DNA of 64,000 nucleotides from an uncultured archaeon. GTDB lineage: Archaea; Asgardarchaeota; Lokiarchaeia; Sigyniarchaeales; SOKP01. The notes below the pieces were generated by a model. The model did not search any database. It saw nothing but the letters and a program-made list of their open reading frames with translations, and was not told the origin of the DNA. Below, piece after piece: positions 21,477-31,433 of this stretch. The stretch spans positions 392,242-456,241 of the forward strand of contig CAZALK010000001.1 of NCBI GenBank assembly GCA_964486045.1. The letters are read 5' to 3'. The stretch's first letter is position 1; every line of letters begins with the position of its first letter. Position numbers and translations under genes: made by a program.

Positions 21477-22247
21477 TTATTCTTCACCCTTTCCTTTATT
21501 TTGATTTTCTCCTTGTAAGGGAATATATTTACTTTTTAAAGTTTCTAATTGCATTTTGTGTATTATACTCAGCGCTTCTTTGGATTTATCTAAGAAACCA
21601 GTCAATTCATCTAAATCCATATCTCCATCAAATTGAAGTAGTGAAATTTCATCGTTATACCAAGTAATGGCGATTGGGAGATCTGCTTCTCCTGCTTTAT
21701 CTTCAATTCCAGAAAGATCTATAACACTTTTTCCATCAATCTTACCCACTGCTATAGCTGTGACTAAACTTTTCATAGGAATTCCTGCATCAGCCAAGGC
21801 TAAAGCTGCTACTGTAGTACTCGCGCATCTAGTTCCCCCATCTGCATCCATAACTTCAATGAAAACTTCAAAACTCGTACCCGGATACAATTCGAGAAAT
21901 AAAATTGGCTCTAAGCAGTCTCCTATAACCATAGATATTTCTTTCTCTCGACGTCCTGGAGCTGGTCTCTTCCTATCAAAAACTGAAAATGTAGCCATTC
22001 TGTAGAATACTCTAAGCACTCCTCGATCTGGTTTAGCTAAATGATGAGGATGTACTTCTCTCGGACCGTAAACGGAAGCAAAGACTTTATTATTTCCCCA
22101 TTCTATATAGGCTGAACCATCTGCATTTTTAATTACGCCTACTTCCATCTTGATGGGTCTTAATTCGTCTAGATCTCTCCCATCAAGTCTTTTTCCATCC
22201 TTGCGAAACAATTTTTCAGGATATTCATCTTTAATAATTAGTGGCAT
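21477..22247 (-). CDS. rrp41: Exosome subunit Rrp41
   Basis: RLDGR, VYGPREVHP, DGGTRCA. Confidence 0.95.
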   Translation of the reverse strand: MPLIIKDEYPEKLFRKDGKRLDGRDLDELRPIKMEVGVIKNADGSAYIEWGNNKVFASVYGPREVHPHHLAKPDRGVLRVFYRMATFSVFDRKRPAPGRREKEISMVIGDCLEPILFLELYPGTSFEVFIEVMDADGGTRCASTTVAALALADAGIPMKSLVTAIAVGKIDGKSVIDLSGIEDKAGEADLPIAITWYNDEISLLQFDGDMDLDELTGFLDKSKEALSIIHKMQLETLKSKYIPLQGENQNKGKGEE

Positions 22248-23093
22248 TTATTCTAGACCTCTTATTTTTTTTTCATTTATTATGAATTCTTGCATCCGGT
22301 CTGTTAAACCTACCGTATGAGCTTCATCTTCTATTTTCCTTATTGATTCAATTAATAATCTCTCATGTGCAATGTCTTCCCCTTTTAACCAAATGCGCCC
22401 ATTTTGAGTGACAAAGATGTTACACTTAGTTAAATTCTTTAACATTTTAATCATTGAACCACTACGACCTATGACTCTAGGAATTTTTGGTGGATCGATT
22501 GAAATTATAATCCCATTATTTCTTATCCCTAGATATTTTCCGACTGTGGTTAGTTCAGGTTTGTTGATTCGATCAGCCGATAAAATTTTTACTATTAAAA
22601 TATCTCCTATATCGAATTTACTGGTATTTGCATCCTCTTGACTATAACCTCCGCCGCCTCTTCCTCTCCCACCTCCACTTCCCCTACCGCCTCCACCTCC
22701 TCTGAAAGATCTTGATTTATCTCTCTTTATTGTATTTCTGGGTTTGAGAGTGCCAAAATCTTTTGCGTTAATATCGCACTTGTACTTCACAGGATTTTTA
22801 TCAACAATAAGAGCTATAACTTTATCGCCAGGTCTTGGTGTATAAAAACCCCTAAGAGGAATCACATTTATATAATTCTTGGATATTCGCTTTAAACCAA
22901 TATTTAATGATATTATTTTATTTCTTTCACTATTATATATCGTCCCTCTCCCAGGTAGAAAACTTTTTGTGTCTTCTGTTAATACTTCTCCCGGTACAAC
23001 TACTTCTCTTGAAAATTCGTCATCCTCGAATTCTTCATATTCTTCCTCGTTTGAATCTTTATCGATGATGTCATCTTCTGTTTCATTTTCCAT
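22248..23093 (-). CDS. rrp4: Exosome subunit Rrp4 (S1+KH) with acidic N-tail and RGG insert
   Basis: VVPGE, YTPRPGD, KIPRVIGRSGSMI, QNGRIW. Confidence 0.92.
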   Translation of the reverse strand: MENETEDDIIDKDSNEEEYEEFEDDEFSREVVVPGEVLTEDTKSFLPGRGTIYNSERNKIISLNIGLKRISKNYINVIPLRGFYTPRPGDKVIALIVDKNPVKYKCDINAKDFGTLKPRNTIKRDKSRSFRGGGGGRGSGGGRGRGGGGYSQEDANTSKFDIGDILIVKILSADRINKPELTTVGKYLGIRNNGIIISIDPPKIPRVIGRSGSMIKMLKNLTKCNIFVTQNGRIWLKGEDIAHERLLIESIRKIEDEAHTVGLTDRMQEFIINEKKIRGLE

Positions 23094-23177
23094 AATTATT
23101 CACACTCTTTTTTTACTGTCATAAACCTAACTAATGCAAAAAAATAACATAATGAGAAGTATTTACATATTTTCAGG

Positions 23178-23981
23178 TCAGGATTTCAAAACTTTAGTTT
23201 GAACTCTCCCATGTGTGAGTTTATTTAATTTATCAATTAATTCCATCTGCAACCCCGCAGGTAAACTAACTATAGAGGCCCAAGAACCATCAGATTGCCA
23301 TTCTTCTTTCTTAATTTGTGCTAATTGGGCTACAATATTATATCCTTTGGCAGTAAAGGCTGAAGGTAGTTTAATTGCCATCTCCACTTGTTCCATGCGA
23401 ATTGGAATGATAACACGAATACCTTTGACAACATCGTCAACTTGTTCTTCAGCATTTCTCATCAAATCAATTTTCACCTTTGCTTCTTCGATGGCTTTCT
23501 CTATTCTCTGATAAGGATGAGGTTTCTTATTTTGTGGATTAATAGCATTTTTACTAATAATTGTAATTATTTGTTTCAGTTTTTTTTTTCTCTCATCTTC
23601 TCTCTGAGTTTTCGTCCAGTGCATATCCCCGTCGATTAGAATTTGTCCTGCGATTCTCCTTCCTTCAGTTGTATTAAAGACAGCTTCCATATCACCGTCT
23701 GTGGCTTTCTTTCCTCTCCTCAAGTCTTCAAATACGGTAAAGCTTTCAAATATTAGCCCTAGATCGATCTTATTACTATTTAAAATTTCATCAACACTAA
23801 GTCTTGATTTTTTTTTTCCAGACTTTAAACGATTTTCGATTTCTTCCCGAATAAATTTCTTTGCTTCCCAAGCTTGCTCTGGATCCATTAACATTTCGAA
23901 ACGTCTGCCAGACTTCTCAATACGTCCAATGATATACCCACTTAAATCAATCCTTGCTCGGTCAGTTGGTCGATCGATCAT
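23178..23981 (-). CDS. sdo1: Ribosome maturation factor SBDS/Sdo1
   Basis: INPQNKKPHP, IPIRME, LPAGLQ. Confidence 0.93.
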   Translation of the reverse strand: MIDRPTDRARIDLSGYIIGRIEKSGRRFEMLMDPEQAWEAKKFIREEIENRLKSGKKKSRLSVDEILNSNKIDLGLIFESFTVFEDLRRGKKATDGDMEAVFNTTEGRRIAGQILIDGDMHWTKTQREDERKKKLKQIITIISKNAINPQNKKPHPYQRIEKAIEEAKVKIDLMRNAEEQVDDVVKGIRVIIPIRMEQVEMAIKLPSAFTAKGYNIVAQLAQIKKEEWQSDGSWASIVSLPAGLQMELIDKLNKLTHGRVQTKVLKS

Positions 23982-24099
23982 AATATAACTTCTTTAAAAT
24001 ATAACTTGACTTCCCTTGATTTCTTCCTAAGTATTTCTTTTATCTTTCCGTTAATTGATAAATATAAAGAGCTTAAACCTTGATACATTATATACTATT

Positions 24100-24825
24100 T
24101 TAGGGAGTTGAAATCTTAGTTAACAACTCTTCCTTTTCATCCAAACTTAATAGTTTAAAAGTTTTATCTTCTTTCAATATAAAAGCAATATCACACGTAT
24201 TCTTATTTAAGGCATCTCCCATTGTTTCCTTTAAGGCTCTTAAGGACAATAGTTTTAATTCCTCATCACTCAAATCATCTTTATAATGTTCTTCTAGGTA
24301 ACCTCTTGCTTCAACCGCGTTGGCTCCAATTGCAAACGCGAAATATGCCCAAAATGCTCCGCTTGGGTCTGTTAAATACAAAGAAGGCTTTCCATCGTTA
24401 TCTATTCCAGCAATCAAGAATGAAACTCCAAAAGGACGTACTCCCGCATTTTGGGTAAATACCTGTTTATATTCACATATATTTAGAGTGCTATCCTTTA
24501 TTGATATTGTTTCATCGTAATTTAACAAGTTAACCTGGGCTTGTATTCTGGCGCGGTCTATTAGCACTCTTGCATCACTAGTCAGTCCAGAGATGGCAAC
24601 CCCGATATGGTCATCTATCTTAAAGATTTTTTCTGAACCAATGATTTCCTGAAGTTCAGAACTTTTTTTTTCTACGACAAATACAACCGAACCTTTATTT
24701 TTACATACAATTGCGGTTGTTCCTCTGCGGACAGCTTCAATGGCATACTCTACTTGAAAGAGCCTCCCTTCTGGAGAAAATTGAGTAATTGCCATATCGT
24801 AACCGCGGCCTGCTTGCTGAAACAT
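24100..24825 (-). CDS. psmA: Proteasome alpha subunit
   Basis: GYD.AIT.FSPEGRLFQVEYA, RPFGVS, TDPSG. Confidence 0.97.
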   Translation of the reverse strand: MFQQAGRGYDMAITQFSPEGRLFQVEYAIEAVRRGTTAIVCKNKGSVVFVVEKKSSELQEIIGSEKIFKIDDHIGVAISGLTSDARVLIDRARIQAQVNLLNYDETISIKDSTLNICEYKQVFTQNAGVRPFGVSFLIAGIDNDGKPSLYLTDPSGAFWAYFAFAIGANAVEARGYLEEHYKDDLSDEELKLLSLRALKETMGDALNKNTCDIAFILKEDKTFKLLSLDEKEELLTKISTP

Positions 24826-25370
24826 AACTTTTCATAAACCTCCTACATGTATTTATAGATTTGGTTAAATCCTGAAATATTTAATTACTTCTTTTTTATA
24901 TTATTTTTTTTTTTTGTTTCTTTTATTAAAGGATGAAATAATTATTGAAATTTATATTTTGTCTATATACGGTATAAATTTTCACTATACAACCTCTAAA
25001 ATTTTATTATACAAAGACAAACAGTTCATCATATCATGAACTAATAAGAATTTAGTTCAAATCCTTGTGAGGAATTTCAAAGTTAATTTATATATTTTTT
25101 ACTCACAACTATTTATGTATTCGTTTTTAATTATTGATTCTGTATAATTTATAATTACGAAATTAATTGCCTGTTCTAAATCTTTCGTATCTAAAGAAAA
25201 AATTAAAGTTTGAATAAGAAGGAAAATATGGATAATAATGAAAATGAGGGGTAAGAAAACGATAACAAAAATTTTTTTAAAGGAACATTTGTTTTCTTCA
25301 TGTAATTCAAACTGTTATAGTATCGTTATAACCTCTTTGAGACAAAATTAAAATATGAAAGATAATTAGC

Positions 25371-25790
25371 ATGCCGGTTGAATTATCTTTGTCTGTCATC
25401 TTAGCCCTAAAAAAAGTCACTCCTGAGATTGAAAATAGAGAGTTCTTGGAGAATTATGTAGTAGCTCGTTTAGGGTCTTTGTTTGAGAAACTTGGTGTCA
25501 ATGATAGTAATGCAAGTTCGTTCAAAATCCTAGACTATGATGCTGAATACTTAAACGAGTATTGTGGAATAGATGTTAAAGATTTAATTGACGATTATAC
25601 TTTTGTAGAGGGTGATGTGTTGTATTATGATTCAGGAGGTTGGGATGGACAACCACCCCCAACAGAGGAAGAATTGTTAGAAGACTCATTCTATCGATTT
25701 TTTTATCATGAAGTGGGGGAGACTGATAAGCGCATTAAATTAGTAGGGGATGAATTAATTTTACTTAGTTCTGCTATAGTTGGGGGATAA
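25371..25790 (+). CDS. Hypothetical acidic protein
   Basis: 139-aa ORF, no motif recognised. Confidence 0.55.
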   Translation: MPVELSLSVILALKKVTPEIENREFLENYVVARLGSLFEKLGVNDSNASSFKILDYDAEYLNEYCGIDVKDLIDDYTFVEGDVLYYDSGGWDGQPPPTEEELLEDSFYRFFYHEVGETDKRIKLVGDELILLSSAIVGG

Positions 25791-26019
25791 TAAAGGAAAT
25801 CAATTGTTTTTTTTGTTTTAATAAAAGATTTTTATCTTCTCACCACAAAAAAAGGAAAACTACTTACTATGTCAAATGATTTACAGAAATAATAATTTTA
25901 ATAAATAGTTTAAAAAAAGGGGAAAATTTGAAATGAAATCAAATAATAAGAATAGTAGGCGTAAGAGTGTTTAATGTATTCGTTTTTAATAATTTTTTTA
26001 ATTTTTTTAATCATATGTC

Positions 26020-27498
26020 TTACCTAGAAGATTTAAAAAAGCGTAACTCTTCTATTGTAAAAAGTTCTTTATTTTTAGGAAGATACCACATCAACTTCCT
26101 TCGCGCTTGTCCATCGCTTTCAGAAAATCGACTTTTAAACTCCTCTCGAATAGGTGTTCGAAATTTTTGCCAGTTGGATTCATACAATTTTCTTAAAACT
26201 GGAAAAATTACCGTTGTGGGAAGTAATTTACTGCGATAATTATTAGCCTCCCATTTTTGAATTATTGAGATAGCATCATCAATCCCTTTCTCGGAATAGA
26301 ACTTGGCTACATTTTTTCCCTTCATATAGACATATGAAACTCTGTCATTAAAATATTTTAGGGTTATATCCTCATTTATTTGATATTCTTTTAATTTCTT
26401 AAATTTTAATAAGTCGTAACCCCCCCCAATTGCGAGATTAAATTCTGTTCCAGATACTTTTCCATAACAATATAATAAATTCCCAACTTCAAATGGATTT
26501 TCCTTGAAATAATTTAGAAAAGTAATTACTTCAAGCCTATCCATTTCAAATTCAACATCTTCTTCACTTAATTCATGTGGATTCTTAAATGAAGGAATGA
26601 TGAGAACATCTTTTAATATAAATCTAATTTCTGCGTTTTGGAAAACTATTCCTTTATAATTTCCAGATTTAATCTCTTCTCTGGGAATATTTTTGATTGA
26701 CGCGACTCTTCCTCGATAGACAGTTATCTTCTTTTCTTCTAACGATGAAAGGTTAGTCTTAACAAGAACTTTATCTTGATTTAAATACTTCTTAATGACA
26801 GAATCGATATTTGGAATACTATTTTCTCTTAGTTTCTCTAAAATTGGGATTGCAAGGGATTTATTCAATAACTCTTTCGCAAAACCCCCTTGCACCCATT
26901 TATTTAGTGATATTATTAAATTTCTAAGGGCTAATACCGCTTCACTTTTATAGTAATTGGTTTTATAGAAAGCAGGAAGCTCTTCCAATGAAGTATCACA
27001 GATAAAAATATTGACTTTCCAATAGTCAAATCTGGAATTGAAACCAGAAGGATCTTGGGAATGTTCTAAATTCAGTGAAATATATTCATTTAGATAATAA
27101 TTATGTGAACAACCAAATTTATCAACATAATAATTAAAAAAATCATCAGGAAACTCAGAAAATAAGCGATAAACCCTTAGGATATTAAATGTTTCACTTA
27201 ATGCTTTAAATACAGAATCAAGTGCTCCATATCCAATTTCAGTACGAGAGAATGCTCTTAAGAAATCAATATTATAAAGTAAATATCTTAAAACAGATGG
27301 ATCTTTTTGGGAGAATAATCTACTAACAGATCGCCTAAAAGAGTTAGGTAATCTTTTGTACTCCGCTACTCTAAGATTCTCCACATACCAGTCCTCCTGC
27401 AATTTCTTTAACTCTAAAAGATCTTTCTTTATCACAGGATCCGTGATATCTTTTAGAATTTCTTCTTCATGAAGCATGATATCTGACTCATCATACAT
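26020..27498 (-). CDS. Hypothetical protein with two degenerate copies of the domain found N-terminally in 33892-35100
   Basis: YYLNEYISLNLE...KWVQGGFAKELLNKSLAIPILEKL and EYQINEDITLKY...KWEANNYRSKLLPTTVIFPVLRKL. Confidence 0.6.
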   Translation of the reverse strand: MYDESDIMLHEEEILKDITDPVIKKDLLELKKLQEDWYVENLRVAEYKRLPNSFRRSVSRLFSQKDPSVLRYLLYNIDFLRAFSRTEIGYGALDSVFKALSETFNILRVYRLFSEFPDDFFNYYVDKFGCSHNYYLNEYISLNLEHSQDPSGFNSRFDYWKVNIFICDTSLEELPAFYKTNYYKSEAVLALRNLIISLNKWVQGGFAKELLNKSLAIPILEKLRENSIPNIDSVIKKYLNQDKVLVKTNLSSLEEKKITVYRGRVASIKNIPREEIKSGNYKGIVFQNAEIRFILKDVLIIPSFKNPHELSEEDVEFEMDRLEVITFLNYFKENPFEVGNLLYCYGKVSGTEFNLAIGGGYDLLKFKKLKEYQINEDITLKYFNDRVSYVYMKGKNVAKFYSEKGIDDAISIIQKWEANNYRSKLLPTTVIFPVLRKLYESNWQKFRTPIREEFKSRFSESDGQARRKLMWYLPKNKELFTIEELRFFKSSR

Positions 27499-27821
27499 TT
27501 AATTATGCACCCTTTCTTTAGAAGAAAATATCTTTCAGTTGTATTATATTTTACACCTTTGGTAATGAATAATAAATTAGTTATTATTTTAAGAGTTATG
27601 ATTCGACTTCGTACGAAAATTTTTTAGTTCTCTACTTGATGAATTAGACAATTCATAAATTGAAGAGAAAATCTTCCATTTGGGTTGATTATTTTTGGAA
27701 TTGATGAGTTTATTAGTTGTTAACTAAATATTTTGTTTAAATATTTTAAAAAAAGGGGAAAATTTGATTGAAAAGAAAGGTTAAACAGCTTTTGTTATCT
27801 TAATCTTTATCTAAAGGGGTT

Positions 27822-28193
27822 TTAAGACCATGCAACTTTATTAATAAAAATTGACCATTCTAAAATAATCAAACCTTCATCTCTAGTATGAGCCAGAAGA
27901 TAATCTCCATCTTTTGTAATTGAGCCAACAATGTTACCTTTTCCACCAACGATATTTTTTGCAGCAAGTTGGATATCATCGTTTTTTAGGATAGCAAATC
28001 GGAGGTTCTGAAACATAACAGCGGGTTCGTTTGTTTTCCATGCAGAAAGAATTGCTTTAGCTTCTTCATTTGTTAATTGAAAATCTCCTGACTTGTGGAT
28101 GATATCTCCTTCGGTATTTAATAGGAAAATTTCTTCAATTCCCTCTTGCTCCCTTAGAGCTTCGACTAATGAACGAAATCTTTGTTCTTCCAT
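27822..28193 (-). CDS. Profilin-like protein (Asgard type)
   Basis: 123 aa; IFLLNTEGDII, FQNLRFAIL, AAKNIVGGKGNIV resemble the Loki profilin pattern. Confidence 0.6.
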   Translation of the reverse strand: MEEQRFRSLVEALREQEGIEEIFLLNTEGDIIHKSGDFQLTNEEAKAILSAWKTNEPAVMFQNLRFAILKNDDIQLAAKNIVGGKGNIVGSITKDGDYLLAHTRDEGLIILEWSIFINKVAWS

Positions 28194-28361
28194 ATTTTTT
28201 TCATCATTTAAAATAATTCTGTTTTAAGTTATATTGAAAAATAAAAATATGGTAATTTAAGTCTTTTTAGAAATAAAAATACTGTATTATGATGAGATGG
28301 GAAAAGTATTTTACTTTCCACATATTAAATTCCTTATATTCCTTTTGTTTCCAACTATTCT

Positions 28362-29156
28362 GTGTTCATCATGGTAAAAACCCTTGTTTTATTTGACCAA
28401 ATTTATAATATCCCTAAAGCTAGGCAGAAAGAAGACGTGTTTCTGAGATATTTAAAATATATAAAAGAACGTGTTAAAGGATTTCCAGATACATCTTTAA
28501 AAATAAAAAAATTACGGGAATTTGATAAAAGATTTGAGGTGTCTATCAATGGACCTGAAGAAGTTTTCGTGTACAATATATTGAAAAAAGAAATAGGAAA
28601 CATAAAGGAGTTTAAAGACATTAATGAAGGCGCTATTTATAATGGTAATCTAACTGAGGTGGGGAAAGTTGGTTTTGGATTATTTGTAGATTGTGCCTTT
28701 ATGAATCCCAAAGTAGATGTATTAATAAATTTACACACACTTCGAGAGCAACTATGCCAAAGAAGGGAAAAATCTTTAAAACAAATAATTGACGCATATG
28801 ATTTTATTGATCATTTTCCTGTTCATGTAAAGATTCTTAAAATTGATAGAGACAACTTAAAAGTGCAAGGAGAACTCGCTCCAGATTCTCTAAATCTATT
28901 CAAAAAGATTTTAGATGAAAATCTTGAGGCTGTTTTTTTAAGTGGAGAGACAAAAGGACAATTTAAAAAAGCAATAACTAGAAAAGGTCACTTCCGAGAT
29001 ATCATAACTGTTAAAAGATTCGGATTTTTAGAAAATATGATATTATTAAAGGAGGATTCTAATGCTCCTGGTATAATCTCCCATATCGGTCCAGAGTTGG
29101 AAAATTGTAAATTTAGTGCGTTACGGCCTAATAGGATTAGAAAATTATTCAATTAA
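28362..29156 (+). CDS. DUF2110-family archaeal protein
   Basis: GKVGFGLFVD, FIDHFPV, KGHFRDI, NAPGIISHIG. Confidence 0.75.
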   Translation: MFIMVKTLVLFDQIYNIPKARQKEDVFLRYLKYIKERVKGFPDTSLKIKKLREFDKRFEVSINGPEEVFVYNILKKEIGNIKEFKDINEGAIYNGNLTEVGKVGFGLFVDCAFMNPKVDVLINLHTLREQLCQRREKSLKQIIDAYDFIDHFPVHVKILKIDRDNLKVQGELAPDSLNLFKKILDENLEAVFLSGETKGQFKKAITRKGHFRDIITVKRFGFLENMILLKEDSNAPGIISHIGPELENCKFSALRPNRIRKLFN

Positions 29157-29169
29157 GTAAATGTATTAG

Positions 29170-29243
29170 TGGGCCAGGAGAGACTTGAACTCTCGACCTT
29201 CTCGGTGTAAGCGAGACGTCATACCAGACTAGACCACTGGCCC
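29170..29243 (-). tRNA. tRNA-Val(TAC), no intron
   Basis: Cloverleaf: GGGCCAG/CTGGCCC, anticodon arm TCTCG-CTTACAC-CGAGA, TTCAAGT. Confidence 0.95.
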
Positions 29244-29627
29244 AATTTTGTTTTTTACTTATAAATAGGATAAATTCTAAGTAAAATTAAAATTTTTGGG
29301 TGGAACATAAATAGATACTAAAATCACCTAAAAACTGTTAAATAAATTCATTAATTTGGGATTTAATTGGTAATATATTATGTTAAATCAAATAAAAGTT
29401 CAGGGTGGGATTTTCAAGAAAATGCTAATTGTAGTTTTCATTTTCTTATTTGGGGGCTTATTTCAAATTTGAGTCGACTAATTCAAATCTATGAAAATTA
29501 CCTTCTGATATTGGGAATTAATTTACTAATCAATCCCAGTGCACATTTTTTTAATTCTGGTATTTTAATTTACATACAAATATTATTATAGGTGACGAAA
29601 ACCCAAGCTCAATTCAACTAATGGAGG

Positions 29628-30383
29628 ATGATATTATTGACTACAAAAACTCAATTACAATTAAGAGAGCGCGTGTTGGACATAATGAAGATTAATGATT
29701 CATTTTTAGACGCGTGTTTGCTAATGTTGTTTGAACAACAAACATTTGATGAACGGCAAATAAAAAATAGTGTGCATCGAAACACAATTGGGTTTAACAG
29801 ACCAGACGCCTACCTGCTTTCCGATTATTCTGTTTGGAAGTTAAACTTCCCGGATAGATCAATAAACGGAGAATTAAAAACTACTTTAATTAACAAGCTT
29901 GAAAAGTATACTTTGCAATTATCATCTTACAGAGAAGTTGTAGCCGCATTAGACGGCTTAAAGGATCCAACATCAATTGTCACGCGTGTCAAGAATGAAA
30001 TAGACGTTGATAAATTAGATCCAACCACTTTGCTTAAAGATTATTTAAATTATAAAAAAGTGGAACGAAAAAAAGAATTAAGAGAACGGACTAAAAAGAA
30101 AAATGAAGAAGAACGACACAAAAAGTTAGGGTTAACTCACGACATTATTATGGGGGCCATTGTTGAAATCGAACCAAAAGCTTTAAAGATCAAAACAACC
30201 TTTGAAGATTTCGAGATGGATCTCTGGTTTCCAAAATTTAGCATCATTAAGGGATATAAAGAAGAACTCAATATTTTCCAAGAATTTATGATCAAGAAAA
30301 GAATGTTTTCTTATAAACTCGAAGATGCCCTTGGTAAAAAGATATATCACGATACGCTCCAAACTAATAGATTTAGAAAGTAA
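29628..30383 (+). CDS. Hypothetical protein between two tRNAs
   Basis: 251-aa ORF with GGAGG RBS; QTFDERQ...NTIGFNRPDA motif. Confidence 0.7.
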   Translation: MILLTTKTQLQLRERVLDIMKINDSFLDACLLMLFEQQTFDERQIKNSVHRNTIGFNRPDAYLLSDYSVWKLNFPDRSINGELKTTLINKLEKYTLQLSSYREVVAALDGLKDPTSIVTRVKNEIDVDKLDPTTLLKDYLNYKKVERKKELRERTKKKNEEERHKKLGLTHDIIMGAIVEIEPKALKIKTTFEDFEMDLWFPKFSIIKGYKEELNIFQEFMIKKRMFSYKLEDALGKKIYHDTLQTNRFRK

Positions 30384-30654
30384 ATGGCCTCATCGTCGTC
30401 ATTCGACAAAAAATATTACTCTTGCGAATGATTTTATGGAATTATGAATTGGAATATCGGTTATCTCGTTATAGCGCTAAAAACAGCGTTGAAGAAGATC
30501 ATGACGTGTTACAAGAATTTATCATTTCAACTTCCATGTTAGAAACTAAGAAACAAGATGTGATAAGACTTAAAGATCAAACTCTTCATGCGTATCAACT
30601 TTAGATGATTCTTTAGATTAATATAGAAGATTTGAATATATTGAAATGTATAAG

Positions 30655-30815
30655 CGCCCAGGGTGGGACATTCAAGAATATGCGAAATGCGTTTCTTTTC
30701 GAACCCACGTATCCGTTGGACACTGGATTAGCAATCCAGCGCTCTACCGAGCTAAGCGACTTTCTTTCAGCAATCTAAGGGATTGATGAACTGAGCTTCG
30801 TTTAATTTCCCGAGC
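30655..30815 (-). tRNA. tRNA-Ser(GCT) with T-loop intron (30669-30697) and a 49-nt insertion (30760-30808)
   Basis: GCTCGGG/CCTGGGC acceptor, CTGGA-TTGCTAA-TCCAG, long variable arm, GTGGG/CCCAC T-stem, G73; perfect BHB at 59/60. Confidence 0.8.
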
Positions 30816-30875
30816 ATAAAGTTGTAATTAATTATAACGATTTGAAATTTTAATATTTTATCATAAAATCTGGGT

Positions 30876-31433
30876 TCATGTGGTTCTGTCAAAAATTGAA
30901 TCTTTATTGCTTTTAACTTTATCTAAAAATAATTCGACTTCCTTTAGAGATCTAAGTCTAATAGTTTGTATGTTCGAATAATCACCTGATTCAATTAATG
31001 CTTCATACCTCTTTCTGACCTTTCTATGGGTTTTTATAGTCCAAAGCACAATAGAATCCTTACTAAACAAACTTTTTAACGTCTCTATATTTCCTGTGCC
31101 ATACCAGAGTTCTTCTCTAGTTATGATTCTCTTAATAGCTCTTATGACTGCTTGGTACAATGCACGAATGAAACTTAAATCAAGCCAAATGACCGTATTA
31201 ACACTTTCCCATTTTATGAAAGTGGATCTTGTGTAATTACCATCCAATATCCAATTGTCATCTTTTAAAGCCAAACTCAATTTCGAAAAGAATTCTTCAT
31301 CAGTAGGGTAAGACCAATTCGGTCCCCAAAACAGTGAGTCCATTTCGATATAGGGTATAGATAAAGTACTAGACAATCTCTTGCAAAAGGTTGTCTTACC
31401 GGTTCCACTTGTTCCTACCACATTTATTTTCAC
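30876..31433 (-). CDS. Adenylate-kinase-like P-loop protein (FlaR/topology-modulation family)
   Basis: GTSGTGKTT, DSLFWGPNW, WILDGNY. Confidence 0.85.
   Translation of the reverse strand: MKINVVGTSGTGKTTFCKRLSSTLSIPYIEMDSLFWGPNWSYPTDEEFFSKLSLALKDDNWILDGNYTRSTFIKWESVNTVIWLDLSFIRALYQAVIRAIKRIITREELWYGTGNIETLKSLFSKDSIVLWTIKTHRKVRKRYEALIESGDYSNIQTIRLRSLKEVELFLDKVKSNKDSIFDRTT

Noticed and set aside
30780-30796. TGATGA...CTGA C/D-box-like words in the tRNA insert
   Set aside because: On the strand opposite the tRNA and only 1 nt apart; no room for guide sequences
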